Source: Candidatus Poribacteria bacterium (GTDB taxonomy: Bacteria > Poribacteria > WGA-4E > PCPOR2b). From it: a DNA stretch of 64,000 bases. This document shows positions 54,333 to 64,000 of the stretch, one piece after another. The position numbers and the translations under genes were made by a program. Numbering within the stretch: position 1 is the stretch's first letter; each line of letters opens with the position of its first letter. The notes under the pieces were generated by a model that was not told where the DNA came from, did not search any database, and saw nothing but the letters and a program-made list of their open reading frames with translations. The stretch covers positions 4,768,001 to 4,832,000 of the forward strand of contig OZ244042.1 in NCBI GenBank assembly GCA_965215015.1. Reading direction: 5' to 3'.

Positions 54333-56088
54333 ACCTCCGCAAAAAATCAGTTAGATTAAGTCTTCGGATTACATCTGAAAGAGTTCCGCCAACTCTCTCC
54401 CGGTATTCCGTCATAATCTCTTCAATTTCATCATCATCTTGTTCTGATTTATAAACGAGATCATATTCACCTCTAGTGATCGAATAGAAGAGGAGGTCCA
54501 TTACCTTCAGCAGATTACTATTGTCGTGGGCAGTGTCTAAAATATCCCGACAAAATCTGTGGGATTTATTGACTCTTACAATCAGTCCTTCCCTAGGATC
54601 ATGGGCTCTTTCCCATAGTTGATTATTGTCTAGTGTATCCACATATAGAACACGCTGCCCTGTTTTTTTGATATGTTGTTCATCTTCAGGCTTTATCGGT
54701 TTCGTGCTAACAGCTTTATTCCGGCGTTTCTCTAACTCCTTTCTTTCCTCTGCAGGAGCAACACTCTCATCAAACCTATCTTCATCGGCTTGGAGCTGCG
54801 AGATCCGATTTAACTGCTGATTAGCGGTATCATGAGGGCCTTGCGTGAGTGACTCGACCGTAAGGCGGTGCGCGGTGCGCCAAGCAATCCGACTCTTTTT
54901 TATCGCCTCCTGAACCTCTGGTTTAAGCTGGTCTTGAGCAATTTCCGAAAGATTTACACGATTCTTCGTAACATTTATATTTAAAATATCATCAGCGTCA
55001 CTATCGATTAACAGCCGGCCACGAAAAGCACATAAATCCTGATCTTGTGGCACGAAAGCTAACCCATCTGCCCACGAAATCAATCTCCAGTTACGATAAA
55101 TGTAGAAACCATAATTTCCTGATCCAATCAGATAACGGTCCCGGCAATCCTTCCGGCTCATTAAGCCTTTACGTTCTACGCTCGGCGGATGCGGAAGTTG
55201 CGTTATTTCAACTCGTGCCCATATACTTGCGGTAGAATCAAGTTGAATTGCCTGTAATTTTGTAATCCATTTTGGGTGAAGCCCATCCCAATTGTGCTCG
55301 TTCAAATCACCATTATCAACGTCAATTTCATCTATAAACAAAGGATCTATCGGTGGGACATCATAATCATCAATTTTCAGCGAGAGGCGTTTGGCTCCTT
55401 CAACTATGCCTTTCAAATAGTAGTAGTAAATTACACCGGCTTTAGCCTTTAATCCGTGTATAATTTCAGAGGTAGGCGGTAGGGATTCATGAAATAGCTT
55501 GGTGATACGAATTAAAGTACCAGATTTCCCTTGAGTACAAGCGTCCAATTCATTGAGATCTTCGTCTGTGGGCTTGGTTAAATCGTAAACATATTTTCCC
55601 TTCTCAACAATTAAATCTTGATCTAACACGACTTTGCGAACATCATTTGAACCATTGTCAGAACGTGATACTATTTCTAACTGCTTTCCTAGTGATGAGG
55701 CAGCTGATTTCAAGCCTATACCGAACTTTGAAAGCGTTTTCGCATGATATCGTTGTGCTGAAGAACCTAAGGTAAGGGCATTATCTAACCCCTGCTCATC
55801 CATACCGCAGCCGTTATCTACAATAACCAGTGACTTTAAAATCGCTCGCGGCCTTCCACGTTGTCGTTTTGTTCGTTCTTCACTCTCTGTCTTCGCTTTG
55901 ATTACAACGGAGGTAGCGCTTGCTGACACTGAATTATCCACGAGATCTAAAATAGCAGATATCGGATCGTATCCTATGCGCCCCAACGCTTGAAATACAC
56001 GTCCTGCATCCCATGCCCCTTCTTTTATACGCATCTTCTCCCCCGGTTTTTGTAAGGTGGTAGCTATCGCCTCTATTTTCCAAGGCAC
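54292..56088 (-). CDS. GHKL/MORC-like ATPase (HATPase_c_3); start may be 56034
   Basis: ILDLVDNSVSA, DNGCGM, SKFGIGLKSA, GTLIRI boxes; S5-like GFYIYRNWRLI..FRGRL. Confidence 0.85.
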   Translation of the reverse strand: MPWKIEAIATTLQKPGEKMRIKEGAWDAGRVFQALGRIGYDPISAILDLVDNSVSASATSVVIKAKTESEERTKRQRGRPRAILKSLVIVDNGCGMDEQGLDNALTLGSSAQRYHAKTLSKFGIGLKSAASSLGKQLEIVSRSDNGSNDVRKVVLDQDLIVEKGKYVYDLTKPTDEDLNELDACTQGKSGTLIRITKLFHESLPPTSEIIHGLKAKAGVIYYYYLKGIVEGAKRLSLKIDDYDVPPIDPLFIDEIDVDNGDLNEHNWDGLHPKWITKLQAIQLDSTASIWARVEITQLPHPPSVERKGLMSRKDCRDRYLIGSGNYGFYIYRNWRLISWADGLAFVPQDQDLCAFRGRLLIDSDADDILNINVTKNRVNLSEIAQDQLKPEVQEAIKKSRIAWRTAHRLTVESLTQGPHDTANQQLNRISQLQADEDRFDESVAPAEERKELEKRRNKAVSTKPIKPEDEQHIKKTGQRVLYVDTLDNNQLWERAHDPREGLIVRVNKSHRFCRDILDTAHDNSNLLKVMDLLFYSITRGEYDLVYKSEQDDDEIEEIMTEYRERVGGTLSDVIRRLNLTDFLRRYETFCRNWTGNSF

Positions 56089-56147
56089 CTATTGCTACAT
56101 TACATAGAGATTTCCTAGTTTCCTTATGAATAAGATTTTTCCTAGTC

Positions 56148-56966
56148 TCACAAATCACAAATCAAGCATGGCTTCTCATCGTCCTCATCATCAAGGACAT
56201 CGCCGAAGATTTCAATTAACGGGCGATTCGGTTGGGACTTTTTTTCCTGTACCATTGCCTTCGCATGGTTTTCCTTAATCTGCCGTTCCCGCTCAGGGGC
56301 CGCCAGCTCTTCTAAACTCTCACCTTGGCTCCAAGTATACCTCTCGCCTGTTTTCGAGTTAAATTTCTCATAACCCTTGGCGAGTTCAAATAGCTCAGGG
56401 TGATTCTTCTTTAATCCAATCCACTCCGCCTTGCGTTGGTAGAAACAGAAGTAGCACCCGGAGCGCGTTCGCCATTTATAATACTCGGGTAAACCGAGGC
56501 CACTCTCCTCCAAAATCCGATAGACATCCCTCTCAGTGATCCCGGCCTCTTTGAACGGATATTTGGGTTCGATATTTCGTGCCTCAACGTTCTTCAGGGG
56601 CTTATAGCCAACGCGGTCCTCGTCGGCACGGATCGCGATGTAATTATAAGCCTTATCCTCACCGACAAATTCCTCGAAGGGTCTAATCTTCAACTGTGGT
56701 GTACACCAACGCACCTGCGATGAGGGCAGTAATCCACCATTTATAGCAAGCCAATGGTCAAAATCACGCTCGGTGTTTAACCGTTCAATTTTTTTGCCCA
56801 AAAAGGCTTCTAATCGATCGAGAAATTCATACGTCTCCGGCAATTCCTTTCCCGTATCGCAGAAGGCGTATTCCATCTCCGGCACGGTGTCCCGCATGTA
56901 GATAGCGAGTGCCGAACTATCTTTGCCCCCGGAAAGGCCGAGGATATGGCGCATTTTTTGTCCCAT
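56148..56966 (-). CDS. PAPS-reductase-family protein, SspD-like (DNA phosphorothioation type)
   Basis: PP-loop SGGKDS, DTGKELPETY, RWCT, RSGCYFCFYQ, C-terminal CLIC; 272 aa, shorter than DndC; defence context, no cys genes. Confidence 0.78.
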   Translation of the reverse strand: MGQKMRHILGLSGGKDSSALAIYMRDTVPEMEYAFCDTGKELPETYEFLDRLEAFLGKKIERLNTERDFDHWLAINGGLLPSSQVRWCTPQLKIRPFEEFVGEDKAYNYIAIRADEDRVGYKPLKNVEARNIEPKYPFKEAGITERDVYRILEESGLGLPEYYKWRTRSGCYFCFYQRKAEWIGLKKNHPELFELAKGYEKFNSKTGERYTWSQGESLEELAAPERERQIKENHAKAMVQEKKSQPNRPLIEIFGDVLDDEDDEKPCLICDL

Positions 56967-57122
56967 GGTATCCCTCTATTTTCTATTTAAGATATGTTCC
57001 CCCCCTGTTGGCGGAGTCGATTAATTGTATGAGGGAGGTGCATAAATATAGTTGACGTCATCGCTAAAAATTCTATACACTTACCGCCCCTCTGGGGCGG
57101 GGGCAGCTATCAACTCTTTTCT

Positions 57123-57240
57123 TTGACGGCCTCCCAGTCCTAAAGGCTTAGGATTCTTCGCTGCCCCTTTAGGAGTGGAATCGCTCTATCCACTAAAGTG
57201 GGCCATCGAAAGATGGGCTGACAACTTCTCCTGAGGTAGT
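57123..57240 (-). mobile_element. Orphan IS200/IS605 right end / omegaRNA-like scaffold
   Basis: Minus strand ...TCCTAAAGGGGCAGCGAAGAATCCTAAGCCTTTAGGACTGGGAGGCCGTCAA, homologous to 53445-53497, preceded by additional hairpins; no tnpB ORF. Confidence 0.6.
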
Positions 57241-57579
57241 AGGGTGATTGATCACCCGTTATGACGCGCAATTCATTGCGCGTCGCCTACGGGGGTGCTT
57301 TCCCCACCGCTTGCGATTCCTCCCCCACCCGCAACAAATTCCCCTCCGCTTGCGGGGAGTTAGGGGGTAGGGGTTCTTATAAGCAATCCGATTAATGGGA
57401 GGAAATCCAAGGTCATGATCGTTATAGATTTTACCACAAAATTGTAGATTTTACCACACAATTGTTTCATTGGGTAGATAATATTCGCACACAATCAACA
57501 AAGCATCGTCAAGCCAACCTCTACTGCTGCTGTTAGGTGACCATCCCCTCCATCGCTAGCGCAGATTAACGTGGATTAC

Positions 57580-57706
57580 CCAATCCTGTAAATCCTGATT
57601 CAGACAATAAGGAGACACCTACCTCACACACAGCCCGTCATTGAGATGTAAACATGAATTACCCAATCCTGTGAATCCTTAAATCCTGTAAATCCTGATT
57701 CAGACA
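57580..57706. repeat. Two copies of the aatcctgtaaatcctgattcagac repeat (same family as the 41368-41843 element ends)
   Basis: attacccaatcctgt...aatcctgattcagaca occurs twice. Confidence 0.75.
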
Positions 57707-57816
57707 GTTGTGACATTGATCAAATTTCTTGCCTTGACTAAGGCGACCATGTTACTATCAGACGACGCCAATTGACTAGATGCTGCAAAATGAAATACTA
57801 TATCAGGAGGTAAACA

Positions 57817-58614
57817 GTGCCAAGGTACGAACTCGACGGACAGGTGGCAATTGTAACAGGTGCCGGACGCGGGATTGGCAGAGCGACCGCCCTACGGTTA
57901 GCTCGTGAAGGAGCCAGCGTCACCGTTGCAGATATCAATGAAGCAAATGCGAAAGGGGTTGCCGAAGAAATCGGGTCAACCGCCGCGACCGCCCACCCCC
58001 TCACAATGGACGTAACAAACAAAGCCGATACCGAGCGAATGGTGTCCGAGACAGTCGCACGGTTTGGCAAGTTGGATATTCTGGTCAACAACGCGGGAAT
58101 CGCAATCATCGCATCGCTTATGGACACCGACGAGGCTGCGTGGGACGCCCTGATGAACGTGAACGCAAAAGGCGTGTTACTCTGTTCACAGGCGGCGGCA
58201 CACCAAATGATCGATCAGGGTAACGGTGGCAGAATCATCAATAATGCCTCCGGCGCAGGCAAAATCGCCCCCGGCAAAAGTACACCGCTGGGTGCCTACG
58301 CTGCCAGCAAGCACGCCGTTGTCGCGCTCACCAAACAATTCGGCCTGGAGTTGTCCCCGCACGGGATTCTGGTCAATTGTGTGTGCCCCGGCATTGTGGA
58401 TACATCGATGTGGGATCTAATTGATCGTGAGGTCGCACAGTTGGAAGGTGAACCGGTCGGTTCGGTGAAAGCGCGAGCAGCAGCCGGCATCCCAGTTGGT
58501 CGCATCCAGCAGCCGGAAGATGTCGCTAACCTGATCGCCTATCTAGTGTCATCAGACGCAAGCTACATCACCGCACAAGCCCTCAACGTGTCCGGAGGCA
58601 TGTTGCCGTATTAA
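57817..58614 (+). CDS. SDR family oxidoreductase
   Basis: TGAGRGIG, NNAG, YAASK, VNCVCPG. Confidence 0.93.
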   Translation: MPRYELDGQVAIVTGAGRGIGRATALRLAREGASVTVADINEANAKGVAEEIGSTAATAHPLTMDVTNKADTERMVSETVARFGKLDILVNNAGIAIIASLMDTDEAAWDALMNVNAKGVLLCSQAAAHQMIDQGNGGRIINNASGAGKIAPGKSTPLGAYAASKHAVVALTKQFGLELSPHGILVNCVCPGIVDTSMWDLIDREVAQLEGEPVGSVKARAAAGIPVGRIQQPEDVANLIAYLVSSDASYITAQALNVSGGMLPY

Positions 58615-58941
58615 TTTTCCCAAAACCCTGTATCAGGACGATAGAAAATTCCTTGCCCTTAACCCGAAAATCGGTTATCCTTTTGGAGGGTTCCACTATT
58701 CGCCAATCCGCCCATTTTCAGAGGAGAGAACATGACGGAACATACATTGAATCTCACTGCGACACAATCGCGGGTTGTAGGTCAAAGCCCCTCGGAACGA
58801 AGTTAGGTTGAACGGCAACCATGAGACCCAATACCAACGAACCAATGAACTGATGCACCAACATAGTTTAATAACAAAACATTCCACTGTCAGGGAGATT
58901 TCCTAAATCTCCTGACATAATCATCTGGAGAATATCAAACA

Positions 58942-60318
58942 ATGATGGCAAATGCCCCAAAAGAGCTATCTACCCAGGATTATCGCAAAATGGATCAGGC
59001 ACACGCGTGGCATCCGCTCTTTCAACATCAGCTTCTAGATCAGTCGGATCTCCTCGTCTTTGAAAAAGCCAGCGGAACAACAATTATCGACGCAGATGGA
59101 AACGAATATTTAGACGCCTACTCTGCACTGTGGAATGTCAACGTCGGCTATGGGCGACAGGAGATTGCCGATGCCGTTTATGAGCAAATCCAGAAGTTAC
59201 CATACTACCCACACGCACAGATTAACATTCCCGCAACGCTTCTAGCTGAAAAATTAACAACACTCCTGCCGGGTAGCCTGAATCACGTCTACTTCTGCAA
59301 CAGCGGATCGGAAGCCAATGAGACCGCGATAAAAATGGCGAGGCAATACGGGCGGCAGAAATATCCAGGCGAGAATCGCTACAAGATTATCAGCCGCTAT
59401 CGCGGGTATCACGGGTTCACTTACGGCGCGATGTCCGCAACGGGGCAAACCCGTCGTCGGAAAGCGTTTGAACCACTTGTCCCCGGTTTTCACCATGTCC
59501 ATCCCCCTTACACCTATCGATACGCGCACGGCTGCAGCGAATCCGATTTCGGCATTGCCTGTGCCAACGAAATCGAGAAGGTGGTTCAGTGGGAAGGGGC
59601 AGAGACAGTTATAGCGGTGATTGCCGAGCCGATCATTGGCGGCGGCGGAGTGCTTGTGCCGCCGGACACCTATCTTCCAAGAGTCAGAGAGATTTGTGAT
59701 CAGTACGGGCTTCTACTCATCATCGACGAAGTGATCACCGGCTTCGGCAGAACGGGTAGGCTATTCGGCTGCGAGCATTGGGATGTGGCACCAGATATCA
59801 TCACCCTCGCCAAAGGGCTCACAAGCGGCTACATTCCGCTAGGCGCATGTGTGGCAAGCGATACCGTCTTTGAAGAATTTCTCGGTGAGCCGGAGGAAAG
59901 CCGAGAGTTCGCACAGGTCTGTACCTACGGTGGGCACCCCGTTGCATGTGCAGCAGGACTGGCAAACCTGGAGATCCTTACGGCGGAACGACTAGCAGAA
60001 AATGCCGAGCGTGTCGGGGGCTACCTCCTCAAAAATTTGAAGACGCTAGAGAGCCTCCCCATCGTCGGAGATGTCAGAGGGAAGGGGCTGATGATCGGTG
60101 TTGAATTGGTCAAGGATAGCGATGGCACACAACTCGATACCGCCACAACAAAGGCAATCTGTGCAGAAATTCTGAAGAGAGGCATCATCGTCGGACGGAT
60201 TGGGCAGACGGTGGACGAGCCTGAAAATATCATCTTCCTCGCCCCACCCCTTATCCTGACGATTGCTGAAGCGGACCGGATTTTCGAGACGCTCCAAGAT
60301 GTGCTTACGAACCTTTAG
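58942..60318 (+). CDS. Class III PLP-dependent aminotransferase
   Basis: NSGSEANE, YHG, AEPI, DEVITGFGRTG, AKGLTSGY. Confidence 0.93.
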   Translation: MMANAPKELSTQDYRKMDQAHAWHPLFQHQLLDQSDLLVFEKASGTTIIDADGNEYLDAYSALWNVNVGYGRQEIADAVYEQIQKLPYYPHAQINIPATLLAEKLTTLLPGSLNHVYFCNSGSEANETAIKMARQYGRQKYPGENRYKIISRYRGYHGFTYGAMSATGQTRRRKAFEPLVPGFHHVHPPYTYRYAHGCSESDFGIACANEIEKVVQWEGAETVIAVIAEPIIGGGGVLVPPDTYLPRVREICDQYGLLLIIDEVITGFGRTGRLFGCEHWDVAPDIITLAKGLTSGYIPLGACVASDTVFEEFLGEPEESREFAQVCTYGGHPVACAAGLANLEILTAERLAENAERVGGYLLKNLKTLESLPIVGDVRGKGLMIGVELVKDSDGTQLDTATTKAICAEILKRGIIVGRIGQTVDEPENIIFLAPPLILTIAEADRIFETLQDVLTNL

Positions 60319-60547
60319 ATTGGGGGTTCCATAGGCGACGAGGCTTGCTTGTAATAGTGCAATTCATTGCACGTCCAGGACCATAGACACCGAAAGCAAG
60401 TAAGACCCCTTCGTGCGAGCCGGTGAGGATATTGAGTTCAAGAGTACATTAGTATATTAGTTCATTAATGAACCAAGCTACGGTCCTTGACCGGAGAGCG
60501 TATCGACAGTTGCGAACCAGCACCATTGGTTAATAGTGAGATATAAA

Positions 60548-61246
60548 ATGGCACACATTACCAAGCGAGAGCTCGACAACCTCTGTGAAACCTTACGTGC
60601 CGCAGATGCTGATATTCGGGACATCGTTATGTTCGGATCCTTCGTCTATGCTCCCTCTCTGGCACGCGATATTGATCTGGTTGTTACAACAACCAAGCGG
60701 AAGGATTATGGCATTTATCTTGATGCGGTGGCAGACTTCCCTATAAATGTGGATGTGATAGCACGACAGCCGGGGGAAGCACTCGGCGACAGTATTGCTT
60801 GGGGCATAAAAGCTGTCGGACAAGTGCTCGCAGGTGATGGACAAACGATAGAGGAGGTGATGGAGGTGCCTGCACCTACTTTTGAACGGGCACGGAAGAT
60901 TTTCTACTTCGCCGATCAAAATTTTTCAAATGCTCAAAATGCACAAGATCCGGATATCAAAGATGAAGCCTATAAGGACGCTTTTAACAAGCTATTTGAT
61001 GTTGCTCGCAATGCTGCTATGGCGTATCTCAACAGCGAACAAAGGAGATGGGGGCAGTTGCGCCGTGCACTGCCTGAACCCTTCTCGGAGCGATTTCGGG
61101 AAATTATTGACACCCTGCACATCAGCTTTTCCTATCGTGGCGAGTACCCCATTGATGATGTTGATGAAGAATTTCAGCGTTACCGAGATCTGGTAGAGCG
61201 GTTTGTGGACGATCTGGAGCAAGCTGCTTCAGGAAATCCCCGTTGA
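60548..61246 (+). CDS. Minimal nucleotidyltransferase fused to a HEPN-like domain
   Basis: MFGS...DIDLVV N-terminus; helical C-terminus with FREIIDTLH (Rx6H) and a terminal amphipathic helix. Confidence 0.65.
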   Translation: MAHITKRELDNLCETLRAADADIRDIVMFGSFVYAPSLARDIDLVVTTTKRKDYGIYLDAVADFPINVDVIARQPGEALGDSIAWGIKAVGQVLAGDGQTIEEVMEVPAPTFERARKIFYFADQNFSNAQNAQDPDIKDEAYKDAFNKLFDVARNAAMAYLNSEQRRWGQLRRALPEPFSERFREIIDTLHISFSYRGEYPIDDVDEEFQRYRDLVERFVDDLEQAASGNPR

Positions 61247-61262
61247 TAAAAGAAAGAAAACC

Positions 61263-62381
61263 ATGAAAGACCTACTCCAAATCAACAATCGAAAACCTAC
61301 GCGGCAAGTCAATGTCGGAAACATATCGATCGGCAACGGCAACCCAATCTCGATCCAAACGATGACCACCACGCTGACCCACGATATTGACGCCACACTG
61401 CGCCAAACCGAAAGGTGCGTGGAAGCCGGTGCACAGATTGTGCGCGTTGCCGTCCCGGAAGAGAGAGATGCCAAAGCACTACCCGAACTGGTCAAACGCG
61501 CGCCTGTGCCAATTGTCGCAGACATCCATTTTAATTATCGGTATGCACTGGCAGCGGTTGACGCCGGCATTGCGAAAGTGCGAATCAACCCCGGCAACAT
61601 CGGGGTTGAGGAACGGATTGCACAAGTCCTCTCCGCTGCCAAAGCTGCACACATTCCAATCCGTATCGGTGTCAACGAAGGATCGCTCGAAAAAGATTTA
61701 TTGGATAAATACCCTTCACCCACAGCCGCAGCCCTTGTTGAAAGTGCGATGCGGCACGTCAACATCTGTGAAAATCACGACTTTACCGACATCATCATCT
61801 CCGTCAAATCCAGCGAACCGCTGCGGATGATTGAGGCGAATCGGCTCCTCTCCGCCAAAGTCCGCTACCCGCTCCATCTCGGCGTAACGGAAGCAGGAAC
61901 GCCCCGCCGGGCGCACGTCAAATCCACGATTGGCATTGGCACCCTGTTAATGGAAGGCATCGGGGATACCATCCGCATCTCAATCACTGGTGATCCAGCA
62001 GAGGAGGTCTTGACAGCGAAGGAGTTGCTCCGCACACTCGGCTTGGCGGATAACCTCCTTGATGTTGTCTCCTGTCCGTTCTGTGGACGCGGCGATGCAG
62101 AGGCAGATTACGAAGGTATCGTCGCCATCGCCGAAGAACTGCTAGAAAAACACAATATCAAAATTCCTGTCGCTGTCATGGGGTGTGAGGTGAACGGTCC
62201 GGGCGAAACCCGAAACGCAGAGGTCGGAATTCACTTGGGTGGCAAGGAGCTCGCCGTGTTAAAGATTCATGGCGAGAAGGTCAGGACGTTCCGCGGGAAA
62301 GCTGAAGTCAACCCACAGTTTTTAGCGAGCGCACTGTTAGAGGCAGCACAACAGGTGCAAAATGAAGCGGGGAAAGAATAA
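61263..62381 (+). CDS. ispG: HMBPP synthase (MEP pathway)
   Basis: IQTMT, VADIHF, RINPGNIG, YPLHLGVTEAG, GIGDTIR, SCPFCGR, VMGCEVNGPGE. Confidence 0.96.
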   Translation: MKDLLQINNRKPTRQVNVGNISIGNGNPISIQTMTTTLTHDIDATLRQTERCVEAGAQIVRVAVPEERDAKALPELVKRAPVPIVADIHFNYRYALAAVDAGIAKVRINPGNIGVEERIAQVLSAAKAAHIPIRIGVNEGSLEKDLLDKYPSPTAAALVESAMRHVNICENHDFTDIIISVKSSEPLRMIEANRLLSAKVRYPLHLGVTEAGTPRRAHVKSTIGIGTLLMEGIGDTIRISITGDPAEEVLTAKELLRTLGLADNLLDVVSCPFCGRGDAEADYEGIVAIAEELLEKHNIKIPVAVMGCEVNGPGETRNAEVGIHLGGKELAVLKIHGEKVRTFRGKAEVNPQFLASALLEAAQQVQNEAGKE

Positions 62382-63158
62382 ATGGCTGAGACAGGTGGCA
62401 AAATCGTCGTCCGTCAAACGGAGGCGATAGCCACAATCCAACTGAACCGCCCCGAAAAACTTAATGCCGTTGACCGTGAAATGCTGGATATGCTTGACGC
62501 AGAGGCAAACCGTTTACATCAAGATGAATCAGTCCGTGTCGTTGTGCTTGAGGGAAGTGGAGAACGGGCCTTCTGCGTCGGAGCGGACCTCAACCATATC
62601 GCAACCTTTGATCCCCCTGACATCCGCAAATGGGTCAACGATGGGAATCGTGTCCTCAGTCGGCTTGCCAGTCTGTCCGTCCCAGTAATTGCAGCAATTA
62701 ACGGCTACGCGGTCGGCGGCGGGCTCGAATTTGCGCTGGCATGTGACCTGCGGATTGCGTCAGAGGATTCAAGTTTCGGCTTGCCGGAGATTACACACGG
62801 TTGGTTCCCGGGATGGGGCGGCACCCATCGCCTGCTGCACGTCATCGGCGAAGCAAAAGCAAAAGAGATGGTATTTCTCGGTGAACGGATTGACGCCCAG
62901 ACCGCACACGACTTGGGATTGGTGAATCGCGTTATTCTTAGGGAAAACTTAATGGATGAAGTCCAGCGGATCGCCGAGTCGCTCGCTCAGAAAAGCCCGG
63001 TTGCGGTAAGAGCCGCTAAAGCTGCGTTGACGCGAAATCCGATGCCGGAGAATGGGTTTGAAATCTCCTACGAAGCATTGGCGTTATCGACCTGTTTCAC
63101 AACGCCGGAGGTTCAACAAGGATTAGAGGCGTTTTTGAGTCGCAAGCGCGAGGTGTGA
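62382..63158 (+). CDS. Enoyl-CoA hydratase/isomerase family protein
   Basis: LNRPEKLNA, AFCVGADL, GGGLEFALACD, PE. Confidence 0.93.
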   Translation: MAETGGKIVVRQTEAIATIQLNRPEKLNAVDREMLDMLDAEANRLHQDESVRVVVLEGSGERAFCVGADLNHIATFDPPDIRKWVNDGNRVLSRLASLSVPVIAAINGYAVGGGLEFALACDLRIASEDSSFGLPEITHGWFPGWGGTHRLLHVIGEAKAKEMVFLGERIDAQTAHDLGLVNRVILRENLMDEVQRIAESLAQKSPVAVRAAKAALTRNPMPENGFEISYEALALSTCFTTPEVQQGLEAFLSRKREV

Positions 63159-63864
63159 AGAAATCGTGCAACAGAAACTAATTACCGGATTCACTCCTCC
63201 TTATCCACGAATCCACGTAAATCTACACAAAATTATTTAGGACTTATACCGTTGAACCCTTGACGCCTTGTCGGTCCAGATTCATATCTCGACCCCGAAA
63301 CGTCTCTCGTGTCAATTTTGGAAAATCAACCGACAGAAGGCCTTATGTGGGTGCATTTCGCAGTTGAGGCACCCCCGATTTCAGCGAGGACAGCTTCTGC
63401 GCCCCCATCACAAATTCGGTGAACATGCCTCGCAACGCCCGATTCATCGGGCGGCGACAATGAAACCGATAGTAGTAGGCACGCTCCGCGTGCCATCATT
63501 TCTTCTCCCCGCTAAACCCTGTCCGGTAATGCGTCAGCTCCATGCTCATTAAGCCTATTCCCCCCCGCTTGCGGGGGGGCTAGGGGGGGTAATTTAGAAT
63601 GCTGGAAATGATGTTCAGGCACGAGGACGATTTGCGATTCGCCATTCAGCCAACGGGCGGCGGCTTGAACAACCCGGCATGGGATTTCGCGCTAATCATT
63701 AGGAACTGTGAGGTGTTAAAGCCGTACCATTTTAATGGGCGCGTCGTCTTCAAACCCTTCATCAACCCTGAAGATGCGTGGAGCGAGTATCAGGGATGGG
63801 TCAAGACGAACCCATAGCCTGTGTCCGAGAATCGTCCCATCCCACTTGAAAGGAATTTTGATAG

Positions 63865-64000
63865 ATGTCCGGCAACCGTTCAAATGTTCTTCATACCCAA
63901 TGGAGGGAACTCATCGAAAGCGTCAATGCCATCGCCGACGACAAAGGAAATCCCTTCTTCCGAAAAGCTGTATTGCAGCTGGAATTGTTCTGGGATGAGC
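63865..64000 (+). CDS. Hypothetical protein, start only (runs off window)
   Basis: AAGGA RBS, ATG 63865, open frame MSGNRSNVLHTQWRELIESVNAIADDKGNPFFRKAVLQLELFWDE. Confidence 0.45.
   Translation, partial: MSGNRSNVLHTQWRELIESVNAIADDKGNPFFRKAVLQLELFWDE

Noticed and set aside
56148-56966. CysH sulfate-assimilation enzyme or DndC
   Set aside because: No cys genes nearby and no ECGLH-type C-terminus; too short for DndC and no dndBDE neighbours.
58732-58806. 24-codon ORF MTEHTLNLTATQSRVVGQSPSERS with a GAGGAG RBS upstream of the aminotransferase (leader peptide?)
   Set aside because: No amino-acid enrichment or clear attenuator; may be a gene remnant; insufficient evidence.
63599-63817. 72-aa ORF next to a REP hairpin
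   Set aside because: No recognisable motif or RBS; could be a fragment; not supportable.

Overview
Bacterial chromosomal window, mostly housekeeping, from a diderm organism. The 16S primer-site deviations, five Gfo/Idh/MocA oxidoreductases and a PhyH dioxygenase suggest Ca. Poribacteria or a similar deep lineage (inference, not searched). Core content: mutL 3' part, lnt-prfB (+1 programmed frameshift)-lysS-lolC/E-lolD-ilvE (split at a C13 tract)-bamA-skp-lpxD; an ECF sigma/anti-sigma/TPR module; thiE; yebC-ruvCAB-queA-yajC; a complete minus-strand rRNA operon (16S-Ile-Ala-23S-5S); a xanthine-dehydrogenase-family operon; lptF/lptG; batA; phnX; ispG. Intergenic DNA is rich in REP-like hairpins and has two tandem arrays. 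The most interesting region is a minus-strand defence island at about 51.8-57.2 kb linked to DNA phosphorothioation (PT). It holds an intact SspD-like PAPS-reductase gene followed by a MORC/GHKL ATPase and a GIY-YIG-like gene. Next come a mini IS200/IS605 element, a second truncated sspD-like allele with the same leader, an intact SBD-HNH (PT-dependent restriction-type) nuclease and a deleted SspC-like relic. The mini-IS sits 3' of TTTAT, and its right-end flank matches 21/22 nt of a TTTAT-adjacent site in the leader of the intact sspD-like gene. A flush four-way-junction candidate RNA lies at 44647-44734.
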